Assembly: GCF_000328765.2 (NCBI RefSeq)
Contig: NC_019954.2
Coordinates: 2,339,769-2,363,768, forward strand
DNA length: 24,000 nucleotides
DNA from: Tepidanaerobacter acetatoxydans Re1
Lineage (GTDB): Bacteria > Bacillota > Thermosediminibacteria > Thermosediminibacterales > Tepidanaerobacteraceae
Direction of reading: 5' to 3'
The translations under genes and the position numbers were made by a program. Shown in pieces: positions 1 to 7,495 of this stretch; position 1 is the stretch's first letter; every line of letters begins with the position of its first letter. Below the pieces are notes generated by a model, which worked only from the letters and a program-made list of their open reading frames with translations, had not been told where the DNA came from and ran no database searches.

Positions 1-656
1 TCTTTAACAACATTAGCATGAAGAAAGGGAGCTGATAGCGCTTCAGCGGAGCCGTATCGCGCAGACTTGCTTCCGACCTTGTTATTCAGAAATTGTTCAT
101 CCGCCCACCACCTACCGACTTCAACAGGATTTTCAGGGTCCTGTATATCAACTATACGTAAAATGAAGTTATTGAACCCTTCGCAGGATCCCGTAACATA
201 AATATAACGTCCGCCATTATAGAAGAAGCGGTGAACTCCGGCTCCTCCTTTGCATTCAAATTTTGAAATCAATCTGGGATTCTCCGGATCTGTCTTGATA
301 TCCCAAATCATAATCCCGCCCCAATACGGAAGTCCTGTTTCAGTACCATGAAGCTCTTTCATGGTGCCACCATGTGCGGTAATCATCAAACCATCTGCAA
401 TTTGAATCTTTGGCGTGCTTTGCCCATCACGTATACCATCAAAAAACCATGGCCCCTCTAACCATTTTACATTTCGCGGATGTGCCGGATCTGTAACATC
501 CACAATATTCCAACCATTATGGCGGAATGAAGCAACATATAGATAATATTTATCTTCCCATTTTTGCATTGCCATCTGAAATCCGGGTTTCCCATTCAAA
601 TCATCAAAGCCAATCCATTCTATATTTTTAGCTAATGGTTCTTTTCTCAAAGTCAT
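1..656 (-). CDS. LVIVD-repeat beta-propeller protein, N-terminal ~218 codons (3' end runs off the window)
   Basis: Absent from the ORF track because it is edge-truncated. Hand translation of the minus strand from ATG 656-654 gives MTLRKEPLAKNIEWIGFDDLNGKPGFQMAMQKWEDKYYLYVASFRHNGWNIVDVTDPAHPRNVKWLEGPWFFDG...GGRYIYVTGSCEGFNNFILRIVDIQDPENPVEVGRWW...LHANVVK. It stays open to position 1 with no stop. An in-frame stop lies 2 codons upstream of the ATG, and a GGAG sits ~13 nt upstream. The repeated YxYV...(I/L)xIVD(I/V)xDPxxP blocks match the LVIVD repeat pattern. No signal peptide. Confidence 0.65.
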   Translation of the reverse strand, partial: MTLRKEPLAKNIEWIGFDDLNGKPGFQMAMQKWEDKYYLYVASFRHNGWNIVDVTDPAHPRNVKWLEGPWFFDGIRDGQSTPKIQIADGLMITAHGGTMKELHGTETGLPYWGGIMIWDIKTDPENPRLISKFECKGGAGVHRFFYNGGRYIYVTGSCEGFNNFILRIVDIQDPENPVEVGRWWADEQFLNNKVGSKSARYGSAEALSAPFLHANVVK

Positions 657-714
657 AAGAGATTAATTTCTCCTTTCTTAGAAAAAATTGCATTCCTATC
701 ATATTGTTAAATAT

Positions 715-1554
715 TTATCTCATAGTAATATATCCACGGTACTGTGAATAGTTATCAGAGTCTGCAATATCTGTTAAAAATAAGCTTGCAATTTGAAATT
801 TTGGTTTAAGATATGGAAATTCTTCGGCTGTTGCCCAATGTGGTCTTTCAATAGATTTTCCTTTTTCTACTGCCGCCCGATACCACTCTTCCGGGCCATC
901 AAACCACATCTCAATTACGCGATGGAATTGACAATCATTTACATCGCGAATTACCCTGCTTGTTAAAAAACGATTTACCTCCGGCATTTCTTTGAATGCA
1001 GGAACTAACTTTTTATAGAACCATTGATCTCCTTCTTCTAAAGATATTCCGTTCGGATATTGAATTAAAAATTGCCAGCGATAATTCGGACCATCTTCAA
1101 CAGTTCTTCCAGCTCCTTTAAAGTCTTCTTCCCACCAAAATGGGATAAAAGCAAAGATGAACGGAGGCATCCCATTATCTCCTCCGGAACTACGTGCTGC
1201 ATCACCTTCAATATTCACGGAATCTGCATCTGCGTCATCGGGAATATTTCCTTGCCACTTCAAAACATCTACCGGGAAGAATTCAGTAAATGCCTTAATC
1301 TTTAATTGAGGATTCATCGGATTGATCAACCAGTAGTGTTCAGTTAGCTGCATATTATAAGCGCCAAATCGCTCACCTTCAGGAGGAACCGGCAATGCAT
1401 TATAAAACGCATACTTTGTGACATATGGTGCAAATTGAGAAATACTATCCGGAATATGGTAACGGTATAACCAGTTTTTTAATTTATGCCGGTATTCTTC
1501 CTTCGCAACACCTACGTAAATCAGGCTTCTCATTGGTTTAAATTCAGTATCCAT
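715..1554 (-). CDS. Uncharacterised 279-aa protein (possibly tandem EthD-like / dimeric alpha-beta-barrel halves)
   Basis: Long ORF co-directional with its neighbours, with GAGAGGAG upstream. I cannot name a family with confidence. Two halves each have a beta-helix-beta pattern reminiscent of EthD-type domains (LIYVGVAKEEYRHKLKNWLYRYHIP... and FLIQYPNGISLEEGDQWFYKKLVPAFKEMPEV...). They are joined by an acidic/Gly-rich linker (DDADADSVNIEGDAARSSGGDNG). Confidence 0.7.
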   Translation of the reverse strand: MDTEFKPMRSLIYVGVAKEEYRHKLKNWLYRYHIPDSISQFAPYVTKYAFYNALPVPPEGERFGAYNMQLTEHYWLINPMNPQLKIKAFTEFFPVDVLKWQGNIPDDADADSVNIEGDAARSSGGDNGMPPFIFAFIPFWWEEDFKGAGRTVEDGPNYRWQFLIQYPNGISLEEGDQWFYKKLVPAFKEMPEVNRFLTSRVIRDVNDCQFHRVIEMWFDGPEEWYRAAVEKGKSIERPHWATAEEFPYLKPKFQIASLFLTDIADSDNYSQYRGYITMR

Positions 1555-1620
1555 CTAACACTCAACACTCCTCTCTTTATTTATGCAATAAAATATTACT
1601 AATGATTTTTTAATTATGTA

Positions 1621-2556
1621 TTAATTATGCGGTTTGAGTGGTTCGATAAACTCTTTATATTTTTTTATTCGTTTTTTATAATCATCACTTTTTTTAATGT
1701 CATTATATCTTAGAGTGTTGTTTTTAATGTCATTGGCATGTTTAAACTTTCCTGGCAATGTGTCATGAGCATGTTCTAATTGTTCTTCCGGAAATACAAA
1801 GCAAACTTTATTATCTACAATCTTAACATCTCCTTCAATGCCGCATAAGCAACAAATTGCTTTAGTACTATCATTACTTAGAAAGAAGTTCCTGCTGTGG
1901 CAATGAGGACATACTCCTTCTTCTCCTAAATATTCTGCCTTTTCAAAGTTTACAGCAGCCAGAGCCAAATTTCTTCCAATTTTGTGTGCTCGAGCAACCT
2001 TTTCATCATCTGCGATGATTCCCAACGACCATGGAAAAACTTCATTTTCAATGATCTTCCACATTGGAGTCAGCGCTAACATTGCCATGTCGCATTGAAC
2101 TCTCGTCATCCAATCCGAACCGCCAATTCCCATAAAAGAAATAACCTTGTCCTTAATAATTCTGGGATCAATTGGCTTTCCATGTCCCTCTTCCGCCATT
2201 TTGGTTGCAATCACGTTGTTACCCCGATCCATTCGAGGGCCAAATCGATCGGTAATGGTATGGAAAAGTCCCAATGCTCCTTTTTCAAAAATCGGAGTAG
2301 CGAATACGATTCCGTCAGCGTCTAGCATTTTATCAAGTAGCCAGTCAAAATCATCATTTAAAACACACATGTTCCCTTTTCCCGAAAAAAGTGATTGAAC
2401 ACATGTTGTGCAACCGGTACAATATTTAATATCTAAGTCCATTAAGTGAATAAACTCTACCTCAGCTCCTACTTCCTTTGCTCCTATTAATGCTTCTTTG
2501 CACATTGAATCATTTGCACCATTTTTTGTTCCTCCGGAAATTCCTAAAATCTTCAT
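1621..2556 (-). CDS. Flavodoxin-like-fold FMN reductase / iron-sulfur flavoprotein (Isf-like) with C-terminal zinc-ribbon-like extension
   Basis: The track ORF runs to 2586, but AGGAGG lies 9 nt before the ATG at 2556 (MKILGISGGTKNG...), so I use 2556 as the start. Flavodoxin-like motifs are present (ILGISGG, ADGIVFATPIF). The compact Cys motif C-x2-C-x2-C-x11-C (YCTGCTTCVQSLFSGKGNMC) resembles those of Isf-type 4Fe-4S flavoproteins. The C-terminal CPHC...CCLC pair suggests a zinc ribbon. Confidence 0.8.
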   Translation of the reverse strand: MKILGISGGTKNGANDSMCKEALIGAKEVGAEVEFIHLMDLDIKYCTGCTTCVQSLFSGKGNMCVLNDDFDWLLDKMLDADGIVFATPIFEKGALGLFHTITDRFGPRMDRGNNVIATKMAEEGHGKPIDPRIIKDKVISFMGIGGSDWMTRVQCDMAMLALTPMWKIIENEVFPWSLGIIADDEKVARAHKIGRNLALAAVNFEKAEYLGEEGVCPHCHSRNFFLSNDSTKAICCLCGIEGDVKIVDNKVCFVFPEEQLEHAHDTLPGKFKHANDIKNNTLRYNDIKKSDDYKKRIKKYKEFIEPLKPHN

Positions 2557-2964
2557 GCTTTCTATCCTCCTAAAAAATTTTAGCAATTACTTAAAACATA
2601 AATCCCCTTCTTAAGCAATAAAATCCGAAAACAGTTTTTGAATAAGTTTTTGCTAAGTTATTTAGAATTTTATGTAAAGTAATTGCTTTTTGAATGTTGC
2701 TGTGATTATTATATCCTAACTGCTTAGTAAAGTCAACTATTTGTTGAAGTTTTTCAAAAAATAAAATTCTGTCAACATATTTCCGAATTACAGTAGAATT
2801 AAACCAGCAAGCCAGTTTCATCCCTGACTCTCTTATAAAAAAATAACCTTAAGGTTTAGCCAATCCTTAGATAGACTCTTTTCGCTTGCGAGTGTTACAT
2901 CTTCTACCTTAAATTGAACTTTCCTTGCTTTGTTAAATTCTATATAGTCGAGAAAAGAATTGCC

Positions 2965-3038
2965 GCTCATAAAATCCACTTTCTTTCTATATTTTTATGA
3001 CAGAGGTGAAATAGTAACAAAGTAAAGGTCAGCAAGGC
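2965..3038. repeat. 74-bp direct repeat, copy 1 (3' end of the ABC-2 permease gene)
   Basis: gctcataaaatccactttCtttctatatttttatgacagaggtgaaatagtaacaaagtaaaggtcagcaaggc recurs at 7756-7829 with one mismatch (C vs T, aligned by hand). This copy encodes the last 23 codons plus stop of the permease. Confidence 0.95.
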
Positions 3039-3701
3039 GAGGATGTTAAGAAAGATGTTCAAAGCCGGGTTTCCCATGATGGCGCCCTTGAGCATGTCGG
3101 TTCCATATGTCAGCGGCAGGCAAAAGGAAATAAGTCTTAAAGGGGCAGGCAGTTGGTTAATTGGTATAAACAGCCCGCATAAAAACAACATAGGAAACCT
3201 GAAGAAGTTGGAAAAGGTCTGCGCCTCGAAGACTTCTTTTGCCGAAACGGCAATAAATAGACCTATTAAGGTGGAAGTAGCCGCAATGAGAAAAATCGCA
3301 GCAAAAGCAATTACCCAGTTCACTTCGCTCAAATCTATAAAGAAAGCTGCGAAGATAGCCGGCACAAAGGCATTGATTATACCGAATATTATTGCACCGG
3401 ATAATTTTGCAAGAACCATCATGTTAAGGCTTATTGGAGCAAGGAGCAGCCTGTCAAAGGAGCGCCCTTTTTTCTCAAACGTGATTGTAACAGCCAGCAT
3501 CGAGGTTGTGCCAAATAGCACGCTCATTGCCATTAGTCCCGGCAGCAGTTCTATAATTTCTATTTTGCCAGGCGCACGGATAAGCTGCATTAGCGTCCAT
3601 GAAACAGGAAAGATAATTCCCCAGCTGATGTTAGGGGGCTTTAGATAATAGGTTCTGACATCCTTTTTTAAAATATTCCAAAATGCAATCCATGTTTTCA
3701 T
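2967..3701 (-). CDS. ABC-2 type transporter permease
   Basis: 244-aa polytopic hydrophobic protein with about 6 TM segments by eye. It starts 2 nt after the stop of the ATPase gene, the typical ABC-2 exporter arrangement. Confidence 0.85.
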   Translation of the reverse strand: MKTWIAFWNILKKDVRTYYLKPPNISWGIIFPVSWTLMQLIRAPGKIEIIELLPGLMAMSVLFGTTSMLAVTITFEKKGRSFDRLLLAPISLNMMVLAKLSGAIIFGIINAFVPAIFAAFFIDLSEVNWVIAFAAIFLIAATSTLIGLFIAVSAKEVFEAQTFSNFFRFPMLFLCGLFIPINQLPAPLRLISFCLPLTYGTDMLKGAIMGNPALNIFLNILALLTFTLLLFHLCHKNIERKWIL

Positions 3702-3703
3702 TC

Positions 3704-4669
3704 CTATTTTTCCACCCCTTCTTTTTCCTTTTTCAACTTGAAGGCTTCGATTCCCGTTACACTGACAAATACATCTTCAAGAGATGGCTTTATTTCTATT
3801 GCTTCATAAACCGATACTCCCTTGCTGTCTAAAATCCGAAGGACAGGATATAGTGCTATGCGCTCTTTTGAAATAATAAGGCAGGAGTTTTCCTCTTGTA
3901 TTTTAAGCTTGCAGTTTTCTAAACTGCTTTCGATTTCCTCCTTCATACCTTTAATGCTTTTGTCAAGAACAAGTTTTATTCTGTGTTCATGCTGCGCATT
4001 TTCCACAAGCTCTTTCACAGTGCCCACTTTTACAATCTTTCCATTTGCGATAAAGGCAACTCTGTCACATACACGCTGAGCCTCTTCAATATAGTGAGTG
4101 GTAAGAAATATTGTCTTGCCTTGCTCTTTTAAGCTCACTATAAGCCTTCTTATCTGTCGAGCACTTTCCACATCTATGCCCGTAGTCGGCTCATCTAAGA
4201 ACAGAATCTTGGGATCATGTATAATCCCTGCAGCTATTGTAAGCTTGCGGCGCATCCCTTTAGAATATGCTTTAAATGGACGTTTTTCCGCAGCAGCTAA
4301 ATCAAAGTCTTCCAGTAATTCTTGCGCTCTTTTTTCCCGCTCATTTTTTCCCATTCCATATAAAGCGGCGCAAAAGCAAAGATTATCAAAACCGTCCATA
4401 TCATCATATAAATTATTCTCGTCAGGCACTACCCCTATAATCCCCTGAACCTTTTTAACGTCCTTTACGGCATCAATACCATAAATTACAATATCTCCGT
4501 CGGTAGGTCTTGCAAGTCCGATCATCATATTGATGGTTGTAGTCTTGCCTGCTCCGTTGGGTCCTAGAAAGCCAAATATTTCCCCTTCATCTATCTCAAA
4601 GGAAATATCATCAACCGCACAAACTTTTCCAAATGTCTTTTTAAGATTCGTGACAGTTATAATTGGCAT
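3704..4669 (-). CDS. ABC transporter ATP-binding protein (DrrA/CcmA-like, with C-terminal extension)
   Basis: Walker A GPNGAGKTT, signature YSKGMRRKL, Walker B ILFLDEPTTGID, H-loop TTHY. The track ORF begins at 4771, but homologues normally begin near MPIITVTNLKKTFGK, so I chose the ATG at 4669. The start remains uncertain (4669 or 4771). Confidence 0.9.
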   Translation of the reverse strand: MPIITVTNLKKTFGKVCAVDDISFEIDEGEIFGFLGPNGAGKTTTINMMIGLARPTDGDIVIYGIDAVKDVKKVQGIIGVVPDENNLYDDMDGFDNLCFCAALYGMGKNEREKRAQELLEDFDLAAAEKRPFKAYSKGMRRKLTIAAGIIHDPKILFLDEPTTGIDVESARQIRRLIVSLKEQGKTIFLTTHYIEEAQRVCDRVAFIANGKIVKVGTVKELVENAQHEHRIKLVLDKSIKGMKEEIESSLENCKLKIQEENSCLIISKERIALYPVLRILDSKGVSVYEAIEIKPSLEDVFVSVTGIEAFKLKKEKEGVEK

Positions 4670-5078
4670 CTTGTCTTCCGCTTTCTCTTTTATTGCTGCC
4701 GTGGCAGAAAAATCGAACCTCGTCAGAACATTTCTCTCCTGTTTTTTGCATGTAACATTCTTGTCCTTCATTAGGATCGCAGCCTTCTTTTTCTTTAAGA
4801 TTGCAGGGCTTGCGCTGGGCAGCCGCTAATTCTTCAATTTTTGATGCAAGTTTATGTAGGACATCTCGATTTACATCATAGTGCATATAATAGCCTCGTC
4901 TTTCGCCTTCAAGCAGGCCTGCCTCTTTTAACACTTTTAAATGCTGAGATACAGCAGCTTCCGAAATCCCAAGTTCTTGAGCCAAGGTTCTTACACAATA
5001 GTTATATTCCAGCAGAATGTTAATGATTTTAAATCTCGACTCATCACCTAAAGCCTTTATCACGGCTAACGTATCCAT
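4641..5078 (-). CDS. ArsR/SmtB-family transcriptional regulator with Cys-rich C-terminal tail
   Basis: Winged HTH: FKIINILLEYNYCVRTLAQELGISEAAVSQHLKVLKEAGLLEGERRGYYMHY. RBS AAGGTGG sits upstream of ATG 5078. The Cys-rich tail (CNLKEKEGCDPNEGQECYMQKTGEKC...) overlaps the ATPase gene, so the exact 3' end is uncertain. Confidence 0.85.
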   Translation of the reverse strand: MDTLAVIKALGDESRFKIINILLEYNYCVRTLAQELGISEAAVSQHLKVLKEAGLLEGERRGYYMHYDVNRDVLHKLASKIEELAAAQRKPCNLKEKEGCDPNEGQECYMQKTGEKCSDEVRFFCHGSNKRESGRQDANYNCHES

Positions 5079-5097
5079 AAGCTACCACCTTCCAATT

Positions 5098-5121
5098 TTA
5101 ATTAAGTAAATACCTAATTAA
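5098..5121. promoter_or_regulatory. Imperfect 11-2-11 palindrome, candidate ArsR operator
   Basis: TTAATTAAGTA-aa-TACCTAATTAA, with 10/11 arm complementarity. It lies between the predicted -10 and the arsR-like RBS and covers the expected transcription start. A related palindrome, ATTAAG-tcaacg-CTTAAT at 5141-5158, overlaps the -35. Confidence 0.45.
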
Positions 5122-5122
5122 A

Positions 5123-5150
5123 ATTATAGCACAGTTCTTGATTAAGTCAA
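5123..5150 (-). promoter_or_regulatory. Sigma-A type promoter of the arsR-ABC operon
   Basis: On the minus strand: TTGACT (5150-5145), 16-nt spacer, then TGcTATAAT extended -10 (TATAAT = 5128-5123). It lies about 45 nt upstream of the ATG at 5078. Confidence 0.6.
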
Positions 5151-5302
5151 CGCTTAATTAGTCTATAAAATAGAAATATAAATACGGTTTTTGTCGGTTA
5201 AGGTTTGCGCTTTTGGGTCTTGAGCTTAGAGGGTGGCATTTCGCCGGCAGCCAGCATATAAATCAAATGTTATACATTTAAACTTTTACACAAAAACATG
5301 TG

Positions 5303-5345
5303 AAAAAAAGCCTGAACACCACGCCTTTACAGGCATTCAGGCTTT
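5303..5345 (-). terminator. Rho-independent terminator of the DUF4825 gene
   Basis: Arms AAAGCCTGAA (5307-5316) and TTCAGGCTTT (5336-5345). On the minus strand the hairpin is followed by a T7 run (complement of the A-run 5303-5309). It lies about 40 nt after the stop at 5386. Confidence 0.7.
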
Positions 5346-5385
5346 ATGTTTCAGTCATAAAGTTGTTGTGAAAAAGTATGATTTT

Positions 5386-6474
5386 TTATTGTTTTTTCTC
5401 CAGCAGCCCTTTTACAGCTGCTTTCAAGCTTCCATCTTCCGCTGCAGTCCCACTCATAATTATTCCAATAAATTTCATATTGCCGCCATTTTGAGATACT
5501 ACAAGCATAGGACTTCCCATGCTGCTGGTCTCCTTGAGCCAACCGTTTTCGTCTACATCCATGCCGCCTGCTAAAACCACTTTGCTTAAGTCTTCAGGAA
5601 GCAGACGATATTCCAGCGCATATACATCAATGGTCTCATCTGTCAAGTCATTAAAGCTTTCAACAAGTTCCAAACGAGTTATTTTGCTGTCAACAATTTT
5701 TACTTTCGGATCTTCTTCATAGTATTCGATATCCTTATTTACTACTTCCCACGCAAAGCCGGTAATTGGATCTGACTCATCGGCTTTATATGTTTCGTAC
5801 ATTTTAAGCGGCCCATCTGCTCCGCCAATTGTACTAATTGTACTAATGGAACTATTTTCATACTTATTAATAAAATCTTCTTCTATCTTGTCTGCCGTTT
5901 TTAAAAGTCGTGCAAATGTGAGTTTTTCTCCAGAAAACTCTCGCACATCCTTTCCCATCATAGCATCCGCCTGGTCCTTTGTGTATTGAATTAAATAGTC
6001 ATTTTTGCCGTCAGTCAAATTAAAGTTGATATAATCAACATTACCTATGAGCGAAAACATGATGATGGCATTTTTCTCAAAAGGTGTTTGATTTAAAGCT
6101 AAATTGGCTCCCGTATAGAAATTCTTTGTTTGGGTATCAGTTTTTAAATGCACTGTAATTCCATAAGGAACATTTTCTGTGTGAAGTTCAAAGTGGTCAT
6201 ATTTTACCTTTTCCGGAAACTTTAATAGCCTTATTATATTGCCAACCTTTGATGCATCACCCACATACTCCGTCTTATATTCTAAGAATTTCTCAGCTGA
6301 TGTTAAATACGAGTCTTGAGGTTTGTTTAAAGGATTTGCCGCAAGCACAATAGATATCACTCCAACTAAAATGCAGGCAGAGCATATAACCCAGAACACA
6401 GGTTTTTTATAATTTAATATATTTTTTATGTGCCCTTTGACATTGCTTTCTCCAAAGGCAAAGAGCTTGCTCAC
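5386..6474 (-). CDS. DUF4825-domain membrane-anchored protein (BlaR1-associated type, lacking the M56 peptidase domain)
   Basis: GTG start at 6474 with GAGGAGG 7 nt upstream. One N-terminal TM segment (KKPVFWVICSACILVGVISIVLAANP). The DUF4825-like core is EYKTEYVGDASKVGNIIRLLKFPEKV...ELHTENVPYGITVHL. The stretch IKNILNYKKP+TM is what normally follows the M56 domain in BlaR1-like proteins. Confidence 0.75.
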   Translation of the reverse strand: MSKLFAFGESNVKGHIKNILNYKKPVFWVICSACILVGVISIVLAANPLNKPQDSYLTSAEKFLEYKTEYVGDASKVGNIIRLLKFPEKVKYDHFELHTENVPYGITVHLKTDTQTKNFYTGANLALNQTPFEKNAIIMFSLIGNVDYINFNLTDGKNDYLIQYTKDQADAMMGKDVREFSGEKLTFARLLKTADKIEEDFINKYENSSISTISTIGGADGPLKMYETYKADESDPITGFAWEVVNKDIEYYEEDPKVKIVDSKITRLELVESFNDLTDETIDVYALEYRLLPEDLSKVVLAGGMDVDENGWLKETSSMGSPMLVVSQNGGNMKFIGIIMSGTAAEDGSLKAAVKGLLEKKQ

Positions 6475-6596
6475 TTTGCCGCCTCCTCTATCATTTTTTG
6501 TATCTCTTAAGCTTCTTTTTTTGAAAGTTTCTTATCTTGTAAAAAAGCTGTAAGGAATGCAGGAAGTAAAAAATTAAATTTGTCTTCTAATTTGGT
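6471..6596 (-). pseudogene. Relic 3' end of a BlaI/MecI/CopY-family repressor gene
   Basis: Minus-strand frame reads TKLEDKFNFLLPAFLTAFLQDKKLSKKEA*EIQKMIEEAAK*. This matches the conserved C-terminal dimerisation region of BlaI-type repressors (...FL..KKLSKEEIEEL.K.LEE). It has an internal TAA at 6509-6507 and no N-terminal winged helix, because a stop lies immediately upstream at 6599-6597. Its terminal TGA overlaps the GTG of the next gene, as in blaI-blaR1 pairs. Confidence 0.55.
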
Positions 6597-6622
6597 TTAT
6601 TGCAGTAAACCTTTGTGGGTAT

Positions 6623-6651
6623 AGTTTATTCTAATAGACCAATATTGTCAA
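6623..6651 (-). promoter_or_regulatory. Sigma-A type promoter upstream of the blaI relic / DUF4825 gene
   Basis: On the minus strand: TTGACA (6651-6646), 17-nt spacer, TAAACT (6628-6623). It is preceded by the small palindrome AAGATAT-aaa-ATATCTT. Confidence 0.5.
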
Positions 6652-6794
6652 GAAGATATTTTATATCTTTTTACTCCAGACTTATTAAATCTATCGGAAA
6701 ATTGAAGAGTTATTTCGCAGTGACGAATTTGCTTTTTGCGTCTCAGCAAACCCGCATGATGTCTGTACTTATGTTTTAAAACCATCAAACTTGG

Positions 6795-7460
6795 TTATTC
6801 GCCATATACGGCTATCAAGTTTTTTCTTCTTTTAGCCTCATAAAGCGCCTCATCAGCCATACCTATTAGCTTGTCTGCTTCTATATCTTCCCCGACAAAA
6901 GCAATTCCTCCGGATACAGTAATTTTGCATCCAAAATCATAGTTTTCTATTATTTTTCTTATCCTCTCAAAAACTATTTTTGCTCCTTTTACATCGGTTT
7001 TCGGCAAAACTATTATGAATTCCTCTCCGCCCCATCTGGCAACAATATCATTCTTACGAAGGTTTTTTTGTAATATGCAGGCCATTTCTATTAATACCTT
7101 ATCCCCGAATAAATGGCCGAAAGTATCATTTATACGCTTAAAATTATCTATATCTATAATAGCAAGTGATAAGACTTTATTTTGTTTCAATCTCTTCATT
7201 TCATCTTTGAGTCTAGTGTATAAATATCGCCTATTCCATAAATTAGTCAATTCATCCTGATATGCAAATATGTACAATTTTTTAAAGGAATATCCCAATC
7301 CAAGCCACATAATAATTTGAATAGTTAAAGATGCAGTCATAAGTAAATTTTTGCCACATTTCTTATGCATATATAACTGTATAATTCCTGATGATAATCC
7401 TATCCCTATCCATAAAAAAAATATTGGGAATAATTTTGATAAATGAGGCCTTTTTAACAA
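6795..7460 (-). CDS. Membrane-anchored GGDEF diguanylate cyclase (2 TM + GGDEF)
   Basis: GGEEF active site with an RxxD I-site five residues upstream (RKNDIVARWGGEEF). Also DIDNFKRINDTFGH and two N-terminal hydrophobic helices. TTG start at 7460 with GGTGGTG 7 nt upstream; internal ATG starts are possible. Confidence 0.85.
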   Translation of the reverse strand: MLKRPHLSKLFPIFFLWIGIGLSSGIIQLYMHKKCGKNLLMTASLTIQIIMWLGLGYSFKKLYIFAYQDELTNLWNRRYLYTRLKDEMKRLKQNKVLSLAIIDIDNFKRINDTFGHLFGDKVLIEMACILQKNLRKNDIVARWGGEEFIIVLPKTDVKGAKIVFERIRKIIENYDFGCKITVSGGIAFVGEDIEADKLIGMADEALYEAKRRKNLIAVYGE

Positions 7461-7495
7461 GCTTTTTCACCACCAATAAGCACTTTTTAAACAAT

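Noticed and set aside
2591-2821. 76-aa minus-strand ORF (MKLACWFNSTVIRKYVDRILFFEKLQQIVDFTKQLGYNNHSNIQK...) between the ABC permease and the flavoprotein gene.
   Set aside because: It has no usable RBS (AGGG abuts the ATG) and no motif I can recognise. It lies in a stretch that looks like rearrangement debris. It could be a gene fragment, but I cannot support a call.
2833-2970. 45-codon minus-strand ORF (MSGNSFLDYIEFNKARKVQFKVEDVTLASEKSLSKDWLNLKVIFL*) whose ATG overlaps the permease stop (ATGA). The ...LASEKSLSKDWLN stretch is reminiscent of antitoxin C-terminal regions.
   Set aside because: The ATGA overlap also exists in repeat copy 2, where the frame stops after 5 codons, so the ATG is a by-product of the permease's Leu-stop codons. 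There is no cognate toxin gene and the resemblance is too short. At most this is a relic.
3043-3648. 201-aa plus-strand ORF. Similar antisense ORFs occur at 1072-1305, 2095-2398, 3822-4448, 4530-4829, 8806-9162, 10440-10673, 11024-11376, 12602-12898, 19356-19556, 20302-20792, 21003-21746, 22921-23118 and 23265-23714.
   Set aside because: All lie entirely antisense to well-supported genes with clear family motifs. They lack RBSs and have low-complexity, Ser/Ile/Phe-rich or Cys-poor compositions typical of shadow ORFs in AT-rich DNA.
5356-5370. 15-mer CATAAAGTTGTTGTG shared between 5356-5370 and 7564-7578.
   Set aside because: A single 15-nt match within 24 kb of AT-rich sequence is within chance expectation. 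The flanks do not extend the similarity, and neither copy sits at a meaningful boundary.
5233-5574. 113-aa plus-strand ORF and a 19-codon minus-strand mini-ORF (MLAAGEMPPSKLKTQKRKP) in the locally GC-rich patch at about 5195-5265.
   Set aside because: The plus-strand ORF runs through a terminator hairpin and into the antisense of the DUF4825 gene. The mini-ORF has no RBS. I could find no tRNA or riboswitch-like structure in the patch, so its significance is unsupported.
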